From the human T2T-CHM13v2.0 reference genome, Homo sapiens: a stretch of DNA of 64,000 nucleotides. The translations under genes and the position numbers were made by a program. The notes under the pieces were generated by a model that was not told the origin of the DNA, did not search any database, and saw only the letters and a program-made list of their open reading frames with translations. Below, piece by piece: positions 1 through 14,087 of the stretch (positions are counted from its first letter, which is position 1; the number at the start of each line of letters is the position of its first letter). The DNA is taken from NCBI RefSeq assembly GCF_009914755.1, contig NC_060926.1; one strand, 5' to 3'.

Positions 1-324
1 GGGGACGCTCCATACCGCCTCGCCTCTTAGTGTCCCCAGTCCCATCACCCGACGTGTACGGGGACGGCCGACACGCTCACCCCACACCTCGCCGGCTGGG
101 GCGGGATCTGGGCGGCGGCTGCGGCCTGGCGCGCGCTCCGCATCTCCTTCCTCGGGAGGCTGGGCGGGACTCCGGCGAGGGGGCGGGCCCCGCAAGCGCC
201 CGCCCCTTTTCTCTCCCCGCCTCCTTCCCGCTCCGCGTCCCGCCCAGCGGCGCAGGGGGCCGGGCTCCGGCTAGGAGGGTGGGGGCCGCGCCGGTGACAG
301 CCGATCCCCGCCCCTGCTGCCCGC

Positions 325-339
325 CACGTCCCTCACGTA
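325..339 (-). promoter_or_regulatory. Tandem hypoxia-response elements (RCGTG)
   Basis: CACGT at 325-329 and CACGTA at 334-339 (minus strand ACGTG and TACGTG), plus ACGTG at 52-56. PDK1 is an established HIF-1 target. Confidence 0.7.
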
Positions 340-402
340 CCACTCGGCAGAGGCGCGGGGAAACCTGGCGTACTGGCTGTGGCTTCTCTAGCGGGACTCG
401 GC

Positions 403-598
403 ATGAGGCTGGCGCGGCTGCTTCGCGGAGCCGCCTTGGCCGGCCCGGGCCCGGGGCTGCGCGCCGCCGGCTTCAGCCGCAGCTTCAGCTCGGACTCGGG
501 CTCCAGCCCGGCGTCCGAGCGCGGCGTTCCGGGCCAGGTGGACTTCTACGCGCGCTTCTCGCCGTCCCCGCTCTCCATGAAGCAGTTCCTGGACTTCG
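403..598 (+). CDS. PDK1: PDK1 exon 1 coding part (mitochondrial presequence, MRLARLLRGAALAG...QFLDFG)
   Basis: ATG at 403; Arg/Ala/Leu-rich transit peptide; donor G|GTGAGT at 598/599; 196 nt. Confidence 0.98.
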
Positions 599-868
599 GT
601 GAGTGCGGCCCGGGACCTTGGGCCTTTTTGCGCGGTCCCGGGCGGGGAGCTGCGGCCGCTGCCCCAGGCCGGGTCGGCGCCGGCCAGCTCTCGCCTGAGG
701 CGCACCCCTCCTCCTCAGCGTTTCCGCCCCCAGCGCCTTAGGTGCTTCCTTCCTCCCTCCGAAGTGCCGGCGCTGGCTGGCGGCGTAAATAACGGTGGGC
801 GTGTGGCTTTGACCGTATTGTTGAAAACAAACCAGCTGGGCCGCGGGACGACCTCCCGCCTCCCGGCG

Positions 869-874
869 CACGTG
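869..874. promoter_or_regulatory. E-box CACGTG in intron 1 (MYC/MAX or HIF site)
   Basis: Palindromic CACGTG inside the CpG island; second CACGTG at 1139-1144. PDK1 is known to be co-regulated by MYC and HIF-1. Confidence 0.55.
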
Positions 875-1860
875 TGCAGGTGCGCGCTAGGCCAGGCCCC
901 TTCCAAGGAGTCGGACCCGGGTGGGAGGCCGAGCGTGGGCACCCCCGAGAATCGCGTTTGGATTCCGTGCAGTGATGATGAATGCCCAGTTTTGCATATG
1001 ATGATTGCATAGAATTGGCGTGATAATAGGGAAGGCAGATTATAACTGGCCCAGGGTTTCTTAGAATGTTTTCCTTGCCAGTGGCTTAAAACTGTTGGCA
1101 CCAACAGCACATTTCATCATCAGCAAGTAAGTCTTGGGCACGTGTTGAGTGCATGAGGACAAGATGCTGTGAAGTTTATTTACCACATTATCTTGGTTTT
1201 CTCTAGAAGCTGTTCAACAAATTGCAGAAGGAATTGCATAGTTAGGCATTTTAACTTTTACATCCCACTTCCCATGTGAAGGCGATGAGGGGAAAAGGGA
1301 AAACCTTAATGAATTCATAAAATTTGAGTACAAAGGTTATCTTCTGCATTGTGACTTCTGCATTGAACGATACCTGCATGGTTGGCAACTTTGTCTTAAA
1401 ACTGTGGTTTGTAGTGGCATAATTTTTGGCTCAAAGCCTTAGGTTTTTGTTTTTACTTTAAAATGACCCTAGTTCGAGGAAGGGGCGAATTTGGTGGTAT
1501 TCATGAGTATGCCATAAAACTTTTACAAGCTGTTTTCCTTTAGTACCTTAATTTCTACTGTTGACAATCTAGTTTTTGCTAACGTTTTCTCTTCTAAAGC
1601 AGCAAGAATAGTAAGTTTAAAATGCATTACTGGAATAATAAGACCTTTTAGTTTAATTTTAAATGGAGCTGTTTGCCAAAGGACATTCTACAACGATTCT
1701 GCTTAGGGAGTGATATGGGATCCTGATATGGGAGTGTAGAGGGGTCAGGAGACTTTCAGTAACCAGACAATTGAATAGGACCTACTTGAAGATGGTGCAA
1801 ACAGGCAGTGGTGAATTTTGCTGTTGCTTGAAAGCTTTCCTCTGCACTTACTCTTTTTTC

Positions 1861-1862
<2 letters not shown>

Positions 1863-1898
<36 letters not shown>
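1863..1898. repeat. (GT)18 microsatellite
   Basis: Perfect GT run abutting a FLAM tail. Confidence 0.97.
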
Positions 1899-1900
<2 letters not shown>

Positions 1901-2026
1901 TTTTTTTTAAAAATAGAAATGGGGTCTCACTATGTTGCCCAGGCTGGTCTCAAACTCCTGGGCTCAAGCCATCCTCCCACCTCGGCCTCCCAAAGTGATG
2001 ATAGGTGTGAGCCACCATGCCCGGAC
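1899..2026 (-). mobile_element. FLAM / Alu monomer
   Basis: Poly-T followed by single Alu arm reverse complement. Confidence 0.85.
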
Positions 2027-2114
2027 TGCACTTAATCTTTGCTTATGGTAATTAGCATTAGTGGTTCTATATGGAATCAGTGAGTCTTCCTATGCAAACA
2101 TCAAAATTTTCCTC

Positions 2115-2381
2115 TTTCTTTTGAGACAGGGTTTTACTCTGTCACCCAGGCTGGAGTGCAGTGGTGCTATCATAGCTCACTGTAACCTCAAATTTCAGCC
2201 TGAGCCTCCCAAGCCTAGAACTACCGGCAAGCACCACCACGCCCGGCTATTTTTTATTTTCTGTATATGTGAGGTCTCATTGTGTTGCCCAGGCTGGTCC
2301 TGAACCGCTGGGCTCAAACAGTCCTCAAGCCTCGGCCTCGCAAAGTGCTGGGATTATAGGCGTGAACCACTGTGCCTGGCC
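2115..2381 (-). mobile_element. AluJ-like
   Basis: Diverged dimeric Alu with an internal deletion. Confidence 0.85.
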
Positions 2382-2404
2382 TCCTGTTTTTAATTTATTT
2401 TTTT

Positions 2405-2504
2405 AAGGCTGGTCAAGTTAAGCAGTGGGAGTGGAGAAGGAACAAAGAAATCTGTAACCGGTTGTGATCAATTAGTTGTAAATACCACTGCATTCGGACC
2501 AGCT
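2405..2504 (-). pseudogene. Y RNA (RNY3) retropseudogene
   Basis: Reverse complement AGCTGGTCCGAATGCAGTGGTATTTACAACTAATTGATCACAACCGGTTACAGATTTCTTTGTTCCTTCTCCACTCCCACTGCTTAACTTGACCAGCCTT is ~6 substitutions from hY3 as I recall it; A-rich tail at ~2386-2404. Confidence 0.93.
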
Positions 2505-2959
2505 TAAAGTTTCTGTTTCTTAGACAGGCACTTACTGTTTTTAAACCTAGAGTTAGATAACAGATTTTCTAAATGATAGCAGCAACGGGGTGTACAGGAT
2601 AGACTTTTCCAGGTTCTGCTGTTAATTTTATAAAGCCTTGCTCAGACATGCTCAGGTTACCTAACTTCTAAAATGGGTGATCACTTTAAGGATGCAAATT
2701 AGGGAGACAAGAGTATCGTAATTGCTGTACAGAGCCATTGGAATGTCAGTAATTGGAAGGTCATAACTCTGGAGACTGGGTTATCTCATCCCTCGCCTCC
2801 CACAGGCAGGTGTATCTTTGCCTCCTATTCCCTGCCCCATCGTGGTGATTCTATCCCTCTGGCCTTGCCGGATAACTTCCTCTCTATTTCTCTCAGCCTC
2901 TTGCCTTCTGTTTCCTTATGGCTTTTACTTACTGCTTTACCCATCATGTTTGGTTTCAG

Positions 2960-3498
<539 letters not shown>

Positions 3499-3737
3499 AG
3501 AGTCTTAAGGTAGTAGCAGTATTCTTTTTTTGGCTGGGGGCAGGTGGGGGCAATGTATTTGGGCTTGTGCCCTGAATCGTGGACTCCACAACTTCTTGAT
3601 TTTGAGAAAGCCAGTCAAAACTGCACTGAAATACAGATGCTAAATTTAGGATTTATGTTAGTATATCTTCAAGGATATTATAAGAAAAAATGTCTGCAAT
3701 TTGTTGATGACTGGGTATTTATGTATATTGCCTTTAA

Positions 3738-4718
<981 letters not shown>

Positions 4719-4719
4719 A

Positions 4720-4840
4720 GGTTAACTCTGTACAGATGAGGATGCTGAGGCACATAAAGGTTAAATCTTTTGCGTAAGACAGTACCATTGATAGTGGAGT
4801 TGGGATTCAAACCCCCATTTGTCCATCTCTGCTATACCGT
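4720..4840 (-). mobile_element. MIR fragment
   Basis: TACAGATGAGGATGCTGAGGCAC...GGGATTCAAACCC MIR core. Confidence 0.65.
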
Positions 4841-6471
4841 GCTATAGTCAGAATGATGAAATATATGAAAGGATATATGTATTTTTAATAAACTGTGTTT
4901 ATTGAAGGGTATCTTTTTATAAATTACAAAAGTTAAAATGTTTATTTTTCTGTTTTAAAACAATTAGAAGTTTTTGGAATTGTGTAGAAAAAGTGTGATC
5001 TCTTCCCAAAGATAAGTAGAGATGTTAAGGGTATACACTCATGGAGCCACCTATATACAGCCTTCATTAATGTTACTGATTTAAAAGTGTTGTTCTTTTA
5101 AGCACTGTATGCTTCAAACAAATGAGTTGCCCAGAGTTAAGTCTTAAATGGAAAAGGTTTAGCTGCAGGGCATTTCCCAGTTATGATTCATGGAGATTCA
5201 AGTTTTCTTTTTGTAAGCATTATAGCGTATGGGAGAAGTTGATCTAATCGCAATTTAAAAAAGCAAAATATGACTGCTATATATATGATAATCAGATGCT
5301 ATCTAGTCCAAGTATGGAATAGTTATAAGTGTGGATTAAATGGGAAGCATTTGTTTAGTAATTATGATGGGATATAATGGAGAAAATATAATATTCCATG
5401 GAAGATTTTTCCTGTTTTTAAAAAATTCTTCATTAGAAGTAGAATATGCTGCTTTTTGAAGCTTATCAGTCATGAGGTCTGATCGGTGCCTGTTGTAGGT
5501 ACTCAAATATCTCTTGGATGGAGAGCGTAGTTGTTCTTGCCAATTAAGAGGAAATTAAGGGTTAAAGCAAAGCAGCAGCTGCTATCAGAATCCCTTAACT
5601 TTGGAATGCAGTAAGACATATTGCTTGTCAGAAACAGCTTTCCAAACCAACAGATGGAATTACAGGTTTTTAAAGCACTTCCATTGCTCCTAGATGCCTG
5701 CTAAGTTAGGACAGTTGCAGATAAAGTGCTTACAGCCAAGTGGAGCAGATCCCTTACACTGTCGAAGAAAGTAATTCAGTGGTAGCAAGTTATTTTTAGC
5801 TCTGGCCCCGCAGTGCCATTGTACTTGCCTGCAAGACCATCAGAAAATCATTTGGCCTTCTCTATTTTGCTCATTCCTTAACAGATGCTTTGATACTTCG
5901 AATTGTTAGATAAATTTAAAATGTACATTTTTATGACTTTTGTGTTTTTTGTTCAGTTTAAAAGAACCATGTAGATTATAGGCTTTCAATAAATACTTGT
6001 TAGTTGGACATAAATATGTAAAATTAAGGTTTTAAAGCACAGATATTTAAGATACAGTCTTAGAGCAAGAGAGGCTGTCCTCCTTTTACTGATAATAAGA
6101 CAAATTAAGTCATTTGCCCAAGATCACATAGTTACTGGTGACAGATCTCAGCATAATCAGTATATATACTGTAATGTACAGTGGTAAATTAAAAAAAAAT
6201 TAAAAGCCATTTTAGAATGTAGAACTCGGAAAATCTTAAAATTCTTAAATTTGACCTTTGCTTTTAGGAGAAAATGTGCACCTTCTACCATTCATTCCCA
6301 GCACTTTGCTTGAATGTGCATGGGTGTAAAAATTATACTTCAACCATAATTTATAGCAGTATTCTAAATTAAAAATTATAAAATGCTAAAAATAGCTTTT
6401 GAGCTAATTTTCATGATATTGAACTTTCAGAATATAAAAGAACAAACTTATCCTATTGATCTGCATTTTAG

Positions 6472-6543
6472 GTATATCCAGAGTCTTCAGGAGCTTCTTG
6501 ATTTTAAGGACAAAAGTGCTGAGGATGCTAAAGCTATTTATGA
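6472..6543 (+). CDS. PDK1: PDK1 exon 3 (YIQSLQELLDFKDKSAEDAKAIYD)
   Basis: ttttag| acceptor, GA|GTAAGT donor; 72 nt; keeps frame. Confidence 0.97.
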
Positions 6544-6992
6544 GTAAGTTCACTATTTTGACCCTATTCTTAAACCTATTATTAGGTCACTTGGGGGAAA
6601 TTGGTTAACTTTTAGGTTTCTACTACTTTAGAACATGTGATATATGTGACTGTAGCAGCCCATACAGGCAGGACAAATAACAATCAGCAAATTTGACTAG
6701 GCATAAGAAATGCTTCGTGTTCCTCTTTAACAAAAGACAAAGTTCAGGTGTGATGATCAGTGGAAATGTAGGTGTGGCCTCAGTGCCAGTTGGACTGTTC
6801 ACCTGGAGGGTGCATGCTCCTTCTAATGGACAACCACCTTCAGCCCCAGCTGATCTTTGCCATATGAAAATACTGCCCATATCATCTGATTGTTTTCTGA
6901 TTTTAAAGGAAAGCTACAAGTCTAGATTTGTAATGTAAAATCTCTCACTTTTGAAAGATTGGTAACTAATTAAAACATTTTTTAAAACACAG

Positions 6993-7052
6993 AAGGCCTA
7001 GAAGAACATGGTTGCAGGTCTCTAGTTTATGCTGTATGGCCTGCAAGATGAT
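6993..7052 (+). CDS. PDK1: PDK1 alternative in-frame cassette exon (D137 replaced by ERPRRTWLQVSSLCCMACKMI; 456-aa isoform)
   Basis: acacag| acceptor, AT|GTAAGT donor, 60 nt, phase 2/2, no stop; matches my recollection of the annotated longer PDK1 isoform. Confidence 0.8.
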
Positions 7053-7803
7053 GTAAGTAATATGACAATGTTAATAACCCATATACCAGAATTGGTAAAC
7101 CAAAGTATTTGCCTTATGCAGCTACCTGCTTATTGCAGTGAAGGGTACTGAGAGTGTAATGACCATCTCTTGTCCTCAGTTAGTTACACATGTTTTTTGG
7201 ACTGTCTTTAAAGTGAACAGTAACACTTCATTTTTTTAAACATGATTTTAATCTGAAAATAACTTCAGCAAGAGTTTACTCCTTGCTTAGGTATTGAGCA
7301 GACTTTACATGAATGATGTTTTTTAATCTTTAAAACAATTCATTGAAATAATGCTGTTTGTGCACAAAGAGGGTAAGTAGTTTAAGGTTACATAGTTAGC
7401 AAATGGTAGAATCCAAGCAGTCTTACTTTAAAAGTAAACATTATGTTATAGAGCCTTCTGAAAACAGTCATTCAGAGCTGTGGAAAATAAGTAGTCAAGC
7501 AGAATAATACAGATTTGTGTTTCTTTGAAGCAGAAAGAAAATAATAAAGGAGTGACTAGAATGATGAGTTGTTTGTTGTTTTTGAAGAGTTTTGTTGTTT
7601 GTATTTTAGTTTAACAGTCTTGTTTTGAAGCGCATTACTAACTAGGAATTCCAAAAATGTTTTAAGCAGTGGAAACATCATTGGAATAAGTTAATAGTAC
7701 TCAGGATGATGACTTTGAATAGGAAAGCACTCATTTGGAAGTGTAAATTCAGATGGGTTATGTTAGAAAATTGGTTTCGTTACTGCATAATTAAGACTTC
7801 TTG

Positions 7804-8098
<295 letters not shown>

Positions 8099-8754
8099 GA
8101 CTTATTTTCTCTTTTATTTAGTTATTTAACCATGCAGTGTCTTCTAAGTGACAGAGATGGGAAGACTAGATGATTTGAAGATTTGTCTTTTAATATAATT
8201 GTTTACTTTTCCTCTCCCATTTTATAAACTCATAGGATGAGTGAAATGAGAATTCTTTTCTGTTTTTCTGTCCTAAGTGTTTCCTTCTCTCTTTGAACCC
8301 TAGGGAATAGGTCCAAAACAGGCAGGCTTTATTGGCTCATTCATCTTGATTCCTTGCAGAGCAGAGCAGGTGTTCTCTAGAGGCAAGTGCTTTGTCTCCT
8401 CCTATGCAGAATGTCTCTGGAATACCATCCTCTTAGCCAGTGCTCAGATGACCTTAGTTGATAACAGTTAAAACCATTAACATTTTTTGGATTACGTTTT
8501 GTGGCAGCCTTACTCTTAGGAAGCCAAGAAAAGAATTAAATCTTGAAAGTTTTATTTTGGAGGTCTGTATACTTTCATAGATTTGGTATATTTTATGATC
8601 TGAAATACATTTAAATAAGTATAGGAAAACATGAACCGATTTTCCTTTTATTAAATTGGGGATTTTTTGTCTAGCATAGTTGGTTAAGCTTATATTTTTG
8701 TATTAAGTTTACTTGTCAAAATATTTGGCTGTTTTGACAGATGGGTTTGTTTAG

Positions 8755-8939
8755 CTTTACAGATACTGTGATACGGATCAGAAACCGACACAATGATGTC
8801 ATTCCCACAATGGCCCAGGGTGTGATTGAATACAAGGAGAGCTTTGGGGTGGATCCTGTCACCAGCCAGAATGTTCAGTACTTTTTGGATCGATTCTACA
8901 TGAGTCGCATTTCAATTAGAATGTTACTCAATCAGCACT
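8755..8939 (+). CDS. PDK1: PDK1 exon 4 ([15 protein letters not shown]...[19 protein letters not shown])
   Basis: tttag| acceptor, T|GTAAGT donor; 185 nt; PDK signature [15 protein letters not shown]. Confidence 0.98.
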
Positions 8940-9229
8940 GTAAGTGTCCCTCATGAGTCAAGAGAAGAAGCTAAATGAGATGTGTTGGCATATTTTAAAT
9001 TTATTTAGGAAAGTTCCATTTAGGTAGGAAATTTAGTTTTACCTTTTGGCTAATTAAGAAAAATAAATAGACTGCCATCAAGAAAGGTGTTTTTATTGAA
9101 TGTAAAATACTATGTTTATCCTAAAGGAAAATATTTGTTCTGTTTGGTACAATTTAAACAGTATTCAGATTTGGAAAAGAGCATTAGGTGGTTTAGCTTA
9201 TTTTGTTGGTTTTTTTCCTTTTTGGATAG

Positions 9230-9325
9230 CTTTATTGTTTGGTGGAAAAGGCAAAGGAAGTCCATCTCATCGAAAACACATTGGAAGCATAAATCCAAAC
9301 TGCAATGTACTTGAAGTTATTAAAG
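9230..9325 (+). CDS. PDK1: PDK1 exon 5 (SLLFGGKGKGSPSHRKHIGSINPNCNVLEVIK)
   Basis: gatag| acceptor, G|GTAAA donor; 96 nt. Confidence 0.97.
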
Positions 9326-9532
9326 GTAAATACTGACATTTCTCCTTGCAAAAAAAGATACAAAAATCAAAATTATTGTTATTTCTTACTATTAAAACAT
9401 CTATTTGTATCATGAGATAAAATGGTAGGCACAAATGCATGGGTTTGAAAATAACCTTATAGTATTATTTGTGCATTATGTATAGGATGACTATTTTATT
9501 GATAGAATTATTTGTTAGGCAAAGTTTGGTGA

Positions 9533-9868
<336 letters not shown>

Positions 9869-10502
9869 TAAAAAAGAATTGAAGTCCCTACTGCCCTGTT
9901 TCTAATTCTTACACTATGAGCAGTAATTCATAACAATTTGGTTTGAATCATTTCACACTTTTTTCTATTTATACCACTTGTACACATACACAATTGATGT
10001 TGGTCTTACATTGTTGTTTTTAGAAAATGGGGTGCTCTATGTTTTTTTCTACAAGTTTACAGACATCTTGCTGTTCAGTACATCTGGATATGCTCCAAGG
10101 TTTTGAATGGCTCTATGGAATGTATCAGTATGTGTTAATTAATTCTCCTGTTCATGCACACTTAGGTTGTTTTAATTTTTTTCTGTTACCACCAATACCA
10201 GCAGTACTGCTGTGAACATCCTTAAATACACGCTCACTTTTGCTAGTATTTTAGAGGTGAGATTCCTAGAATTAAAAACATTTAAATGCATATAAAATTT
10301 TGGTATCTCCAAAAAGGTTTCAAACAATGGATAAGAGTGTTTCCTAACCAACTCTTAAGTTTTGTTACATAGATAGCAATTATTTTCTCCAGCCTGTTAT
10401 TTTTCTTTTTTACATTGTTGGTGTCTTTTTAGCATATAGACTTTTACATTTTTTTTGTAGTTATATTTGTCATTCATTGTTTATGGCTATTCAGCTTTGT
10501 CA

Positions 10503-10972
<470 letters not shown>

Positions 10973-11107
10973 TCACCAAACTATCAAAGTATATTTTCTT
11001 CTGTAGAGAGTTCAAGACTTTGATTTGTCAATACCATTGCCATCTTAATGCGTGAAAGAGAAGTATATTTATTAAATCCTTTTTTGTTTTGTTTTGATTC
11101 ACACTAG

Positions 11108-11185
11108 ATGGCTATGAAAATGCTAGGCGTCTGTGTGATTTGTATTATATTAACTCTCCCGAACTAGAACTTGAAGAACTAAATG
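11108..11185 (+). CDS. PDK1: PDK1 exon 6 (DGYENARRLCDLYYINSPELELEELN)
   Basis: ctag| acceptor, G|GTAAG donor; 78 nt; contains Y243/Y244. Confidence 0.97.
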
Positions 11186-12303
11186 GTAAGCCTGATGTTG
11201 TCTTTTTCTCAATAATTAGTGCTTTGATTACTTGATAAGGGATAAGAATTTAAATGTTTTAATGGAAGATGACTTTTTATCAACTTCGTTGGATATGAAG
11301 GCTAAAGGATAGTAATCATGTAAAAAATATATCTATAAACATATGTAATTTAGTCAGATTCTTTATGAAAAGATTTGGCTTTTTGTATCACATTTTCTTT
11401 ATTTTTAATTGATAACTTTGATTCTTTGCTTATTTTTTATTTTCTGTTTAGTCATAGAAAGAAAATGATACCAAGAAAGTTACATTTGACTTTTACATGC
11501 ACTTCACTAATGTAAGACTTACCCTTTTTCTACTTCCTGAGTTGTAAATAATTTTCTGTTGTTGAGGACATAGACTGGGGTTATAAAAGAGGAAAGAAAG
11601 ATGCTCATCTATTTGAGAATCTGTTTGTCTCTGATGGTTTTCTTTTTACCCTGATTAGTGCCTTTTGGACAAAAAGGGTTTAGATGCCTTGAAGAGGGAT
11701 TGATGAGTCTCTTTTTCCTGAAAGCATGGTAGTTTGACAGAAAAAAGCATTTCCTAAGATGACACTTTAAGAAGGTGTGGGAAGAATAAAACAAAATAGG
11801 CTTTTACTAAGCTGTATTCTGGACCTTAGAGTGAGAGAGCAGTGAAGTTATGCAATTGAAAATAGCATTGCTTGGTGATTTTCTAAAGCCATATTAACTC
11901 TTTTGAGCCATGATGGTAGCATAGCATTTGGTAAATAACAATCACAGTGTACAAGTAAGTGATAGTTTGCAAACCTGAACTGCTGTGAGCAATTTCCAGA
12001 TGTCCCATTTTTGTTCCCAAGGGGGAGTTTATTCAGAGGAAGGTCTGATTTATTGGTTGAATTAGAATTCTAAGATATCATGAGTCTTAATCATTTGTTC
12101 TACTAAATGTCTGTTTTATACACACCCCTATCACCACCCCCAGTGGGGCTCCTATTAAGTGTTTAAATGTAGAATTAATTACTGTCTCGAGAAATTGATG
12201 CTAGCTCATATTTTTTATTCAGCTTTATATCCATCGAAATGCCTGAAATAAAACAATATTCCACCCAGGTGAAACATTTTGAAAATGGCTTAAAGAATGT
12301 ATG

Positions 12304-12665
<362 letters not shown>

Positions 12666-12991
12666 CTATTTGGAAAGTAAAATTCCTACCCGAAAGTTAA
12701 GCGATCTTAAAAAAGACTTTACCATCCTAGAGAAAAATGGGCGCATGGGTTGGTTCGATTGTGATGCAAGATTGTGAGAAGTGACCACAGGACTCTTGTC
12801 ATCATCAGTTGTAAATATTTGTGGGTATGGGTTCAAACACTAATACATTGAAGAAATGGTGTGGCAGTTCTCCCCCAGGTAATACTGTCCTCCGTAGTTA
12901 ATGTTTTCTTTTCATCACTACACAGTTTATTCTTAAAAATGCTTTAAGCACATCTCTCTGTACTTTCATATTTTTCTCTTCTGCTCTGTAG

Positions 12992-13068
12992 CAAAATCAC
13001 CAGGACAGCCAATACAAGTGGTTTATGTACCATCCCATCTCTATCACATGGTGTTTGAACTTTTCAAG
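12992..13068 (+). CDS. PDK1: PDK1 exon 7 (AKSPGQPIQVVYVPSHLYHMVFELFK)
   Basis: Polypyrimidine tract + gtag| acceptor, AAG|GT donor; 77 nt; start of GHKL N-box. Confidence 0.97.
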
Positions 13069-13239
13069 GTTTGTAAAATAGTATTACATAACCTTTACCA
13101 GTACTTTTCTGAGGTTAGGAATCTGCTCTGAAAGCCAAATATTCCACTAGGTTCTCCTATTAAGAAGTGCCATTTCACATCAGTATCATATCACATTGCT
13201 GGAGATCAGCTTTTTATCAACACAGGGAGACATCTCCAT

Positions 13240-13460
13240 GTAGTGGTGAGCTCAGACTATGGAGTCAGAAAGACCTGGGTTTGAATCCCAATTATGGCTC
13301 TTAATATGTGTGTGACCTTGGGCAAGTCACTCAACCTCTCTGAGCCTCAGTTTCCTTTTCTGTAAAACAAGAATACTGTCCAGGATTGTTTATGACTATT
13401 GGGAATAACATACTAAGTGTCCAGTACAGTGGCAACGTATTACATATAGGTGCTCAATAG
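13240..13460 (+). mobile_element. MIR
   Basis: GACCTGGGTTTGAATCCC...TGTGACCTTGGGCAAGTCACTCAACCTCTCTGAGCCTCAGTTTCC MIR core. Confidence 0.85.
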
Positions 13461-13963
13461 AGTTATCTTTATGTTTTTATAAAACAATATTTAGAAGAGT
13501 GATTCTCAACTTGCTACCCTCAAAGGACCAGAATTCTTTTTTTGGTCTGGCTTTTCTTGGGAGGGGGAGGTCATTTATATTGACTTACAGGGTTTCTGCT
13601 GTAATCTTTGCTCTTTACAACAAAATTTGAAAACAAATTATGCTACTAATATTGAGAGTATCTTTTTTCCCCGCCAATAATACTTGCTGGTTGACAAGAA
13701 AATGGGTGAGGAGTGAGGGGCACAGGTCCTGGTGGGTGAAAATGATTGCCCTCTATCAGAAGCTTGTAGTCTCTCTTCAGTTGTGTTTCATCAGCCAGCA
13801 GCAAACTAGAGGAAAGAGGGGGTGGCTTTCAATCTGATAATGTAAAGGAAAAGTGCACTGAAACACAGAAAAACTGACCGAATATCTTAGAACAGCAGCA
13901 GAATGTTCTTTCTTCCAAGACAGCAAAAATGTATTTAATACCTTACAAAATCTTTTTTAAAAT

Positions 13964-14087
13964 ATTTATTTTATTTTTTGTAGAGTTGAGGTCTCACTCT
14001 GTTACCCAGGCTGTCCTTGAACTCCTGGCCTCAAGCAGTCCTGCCCCAGAGTGTTGGGATTACAGGCATAAACCACTGCACCTAGCC
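13964..14087 (-). mobile_element. FLAM
   Basis: Single Alu arm with T-rich tail. Confidence 0.8.

Larger units (their letters stand above)
1..970. promoter_or_regulatory. PDK1: CpG island / TATA-less GC-box promoter of PDK1
   Basis: Very GC- and CpG-rich from 1 to ~970, spanning exon 1; several GGGCGG (Sp/KLF) boxes, e.g. ~100-105, 162-167, 181-186; no TATA box seen. Confidence 0.9.

Noticed and set aside
30-1110. Overlapping 88-190-aa ORFs on both strands around exon 1
   Set aside because: Stop-poor GC-rich CpG island; low-complexity Arg/Pro/Gly products; only the 403-598 frame splices into PDK1.
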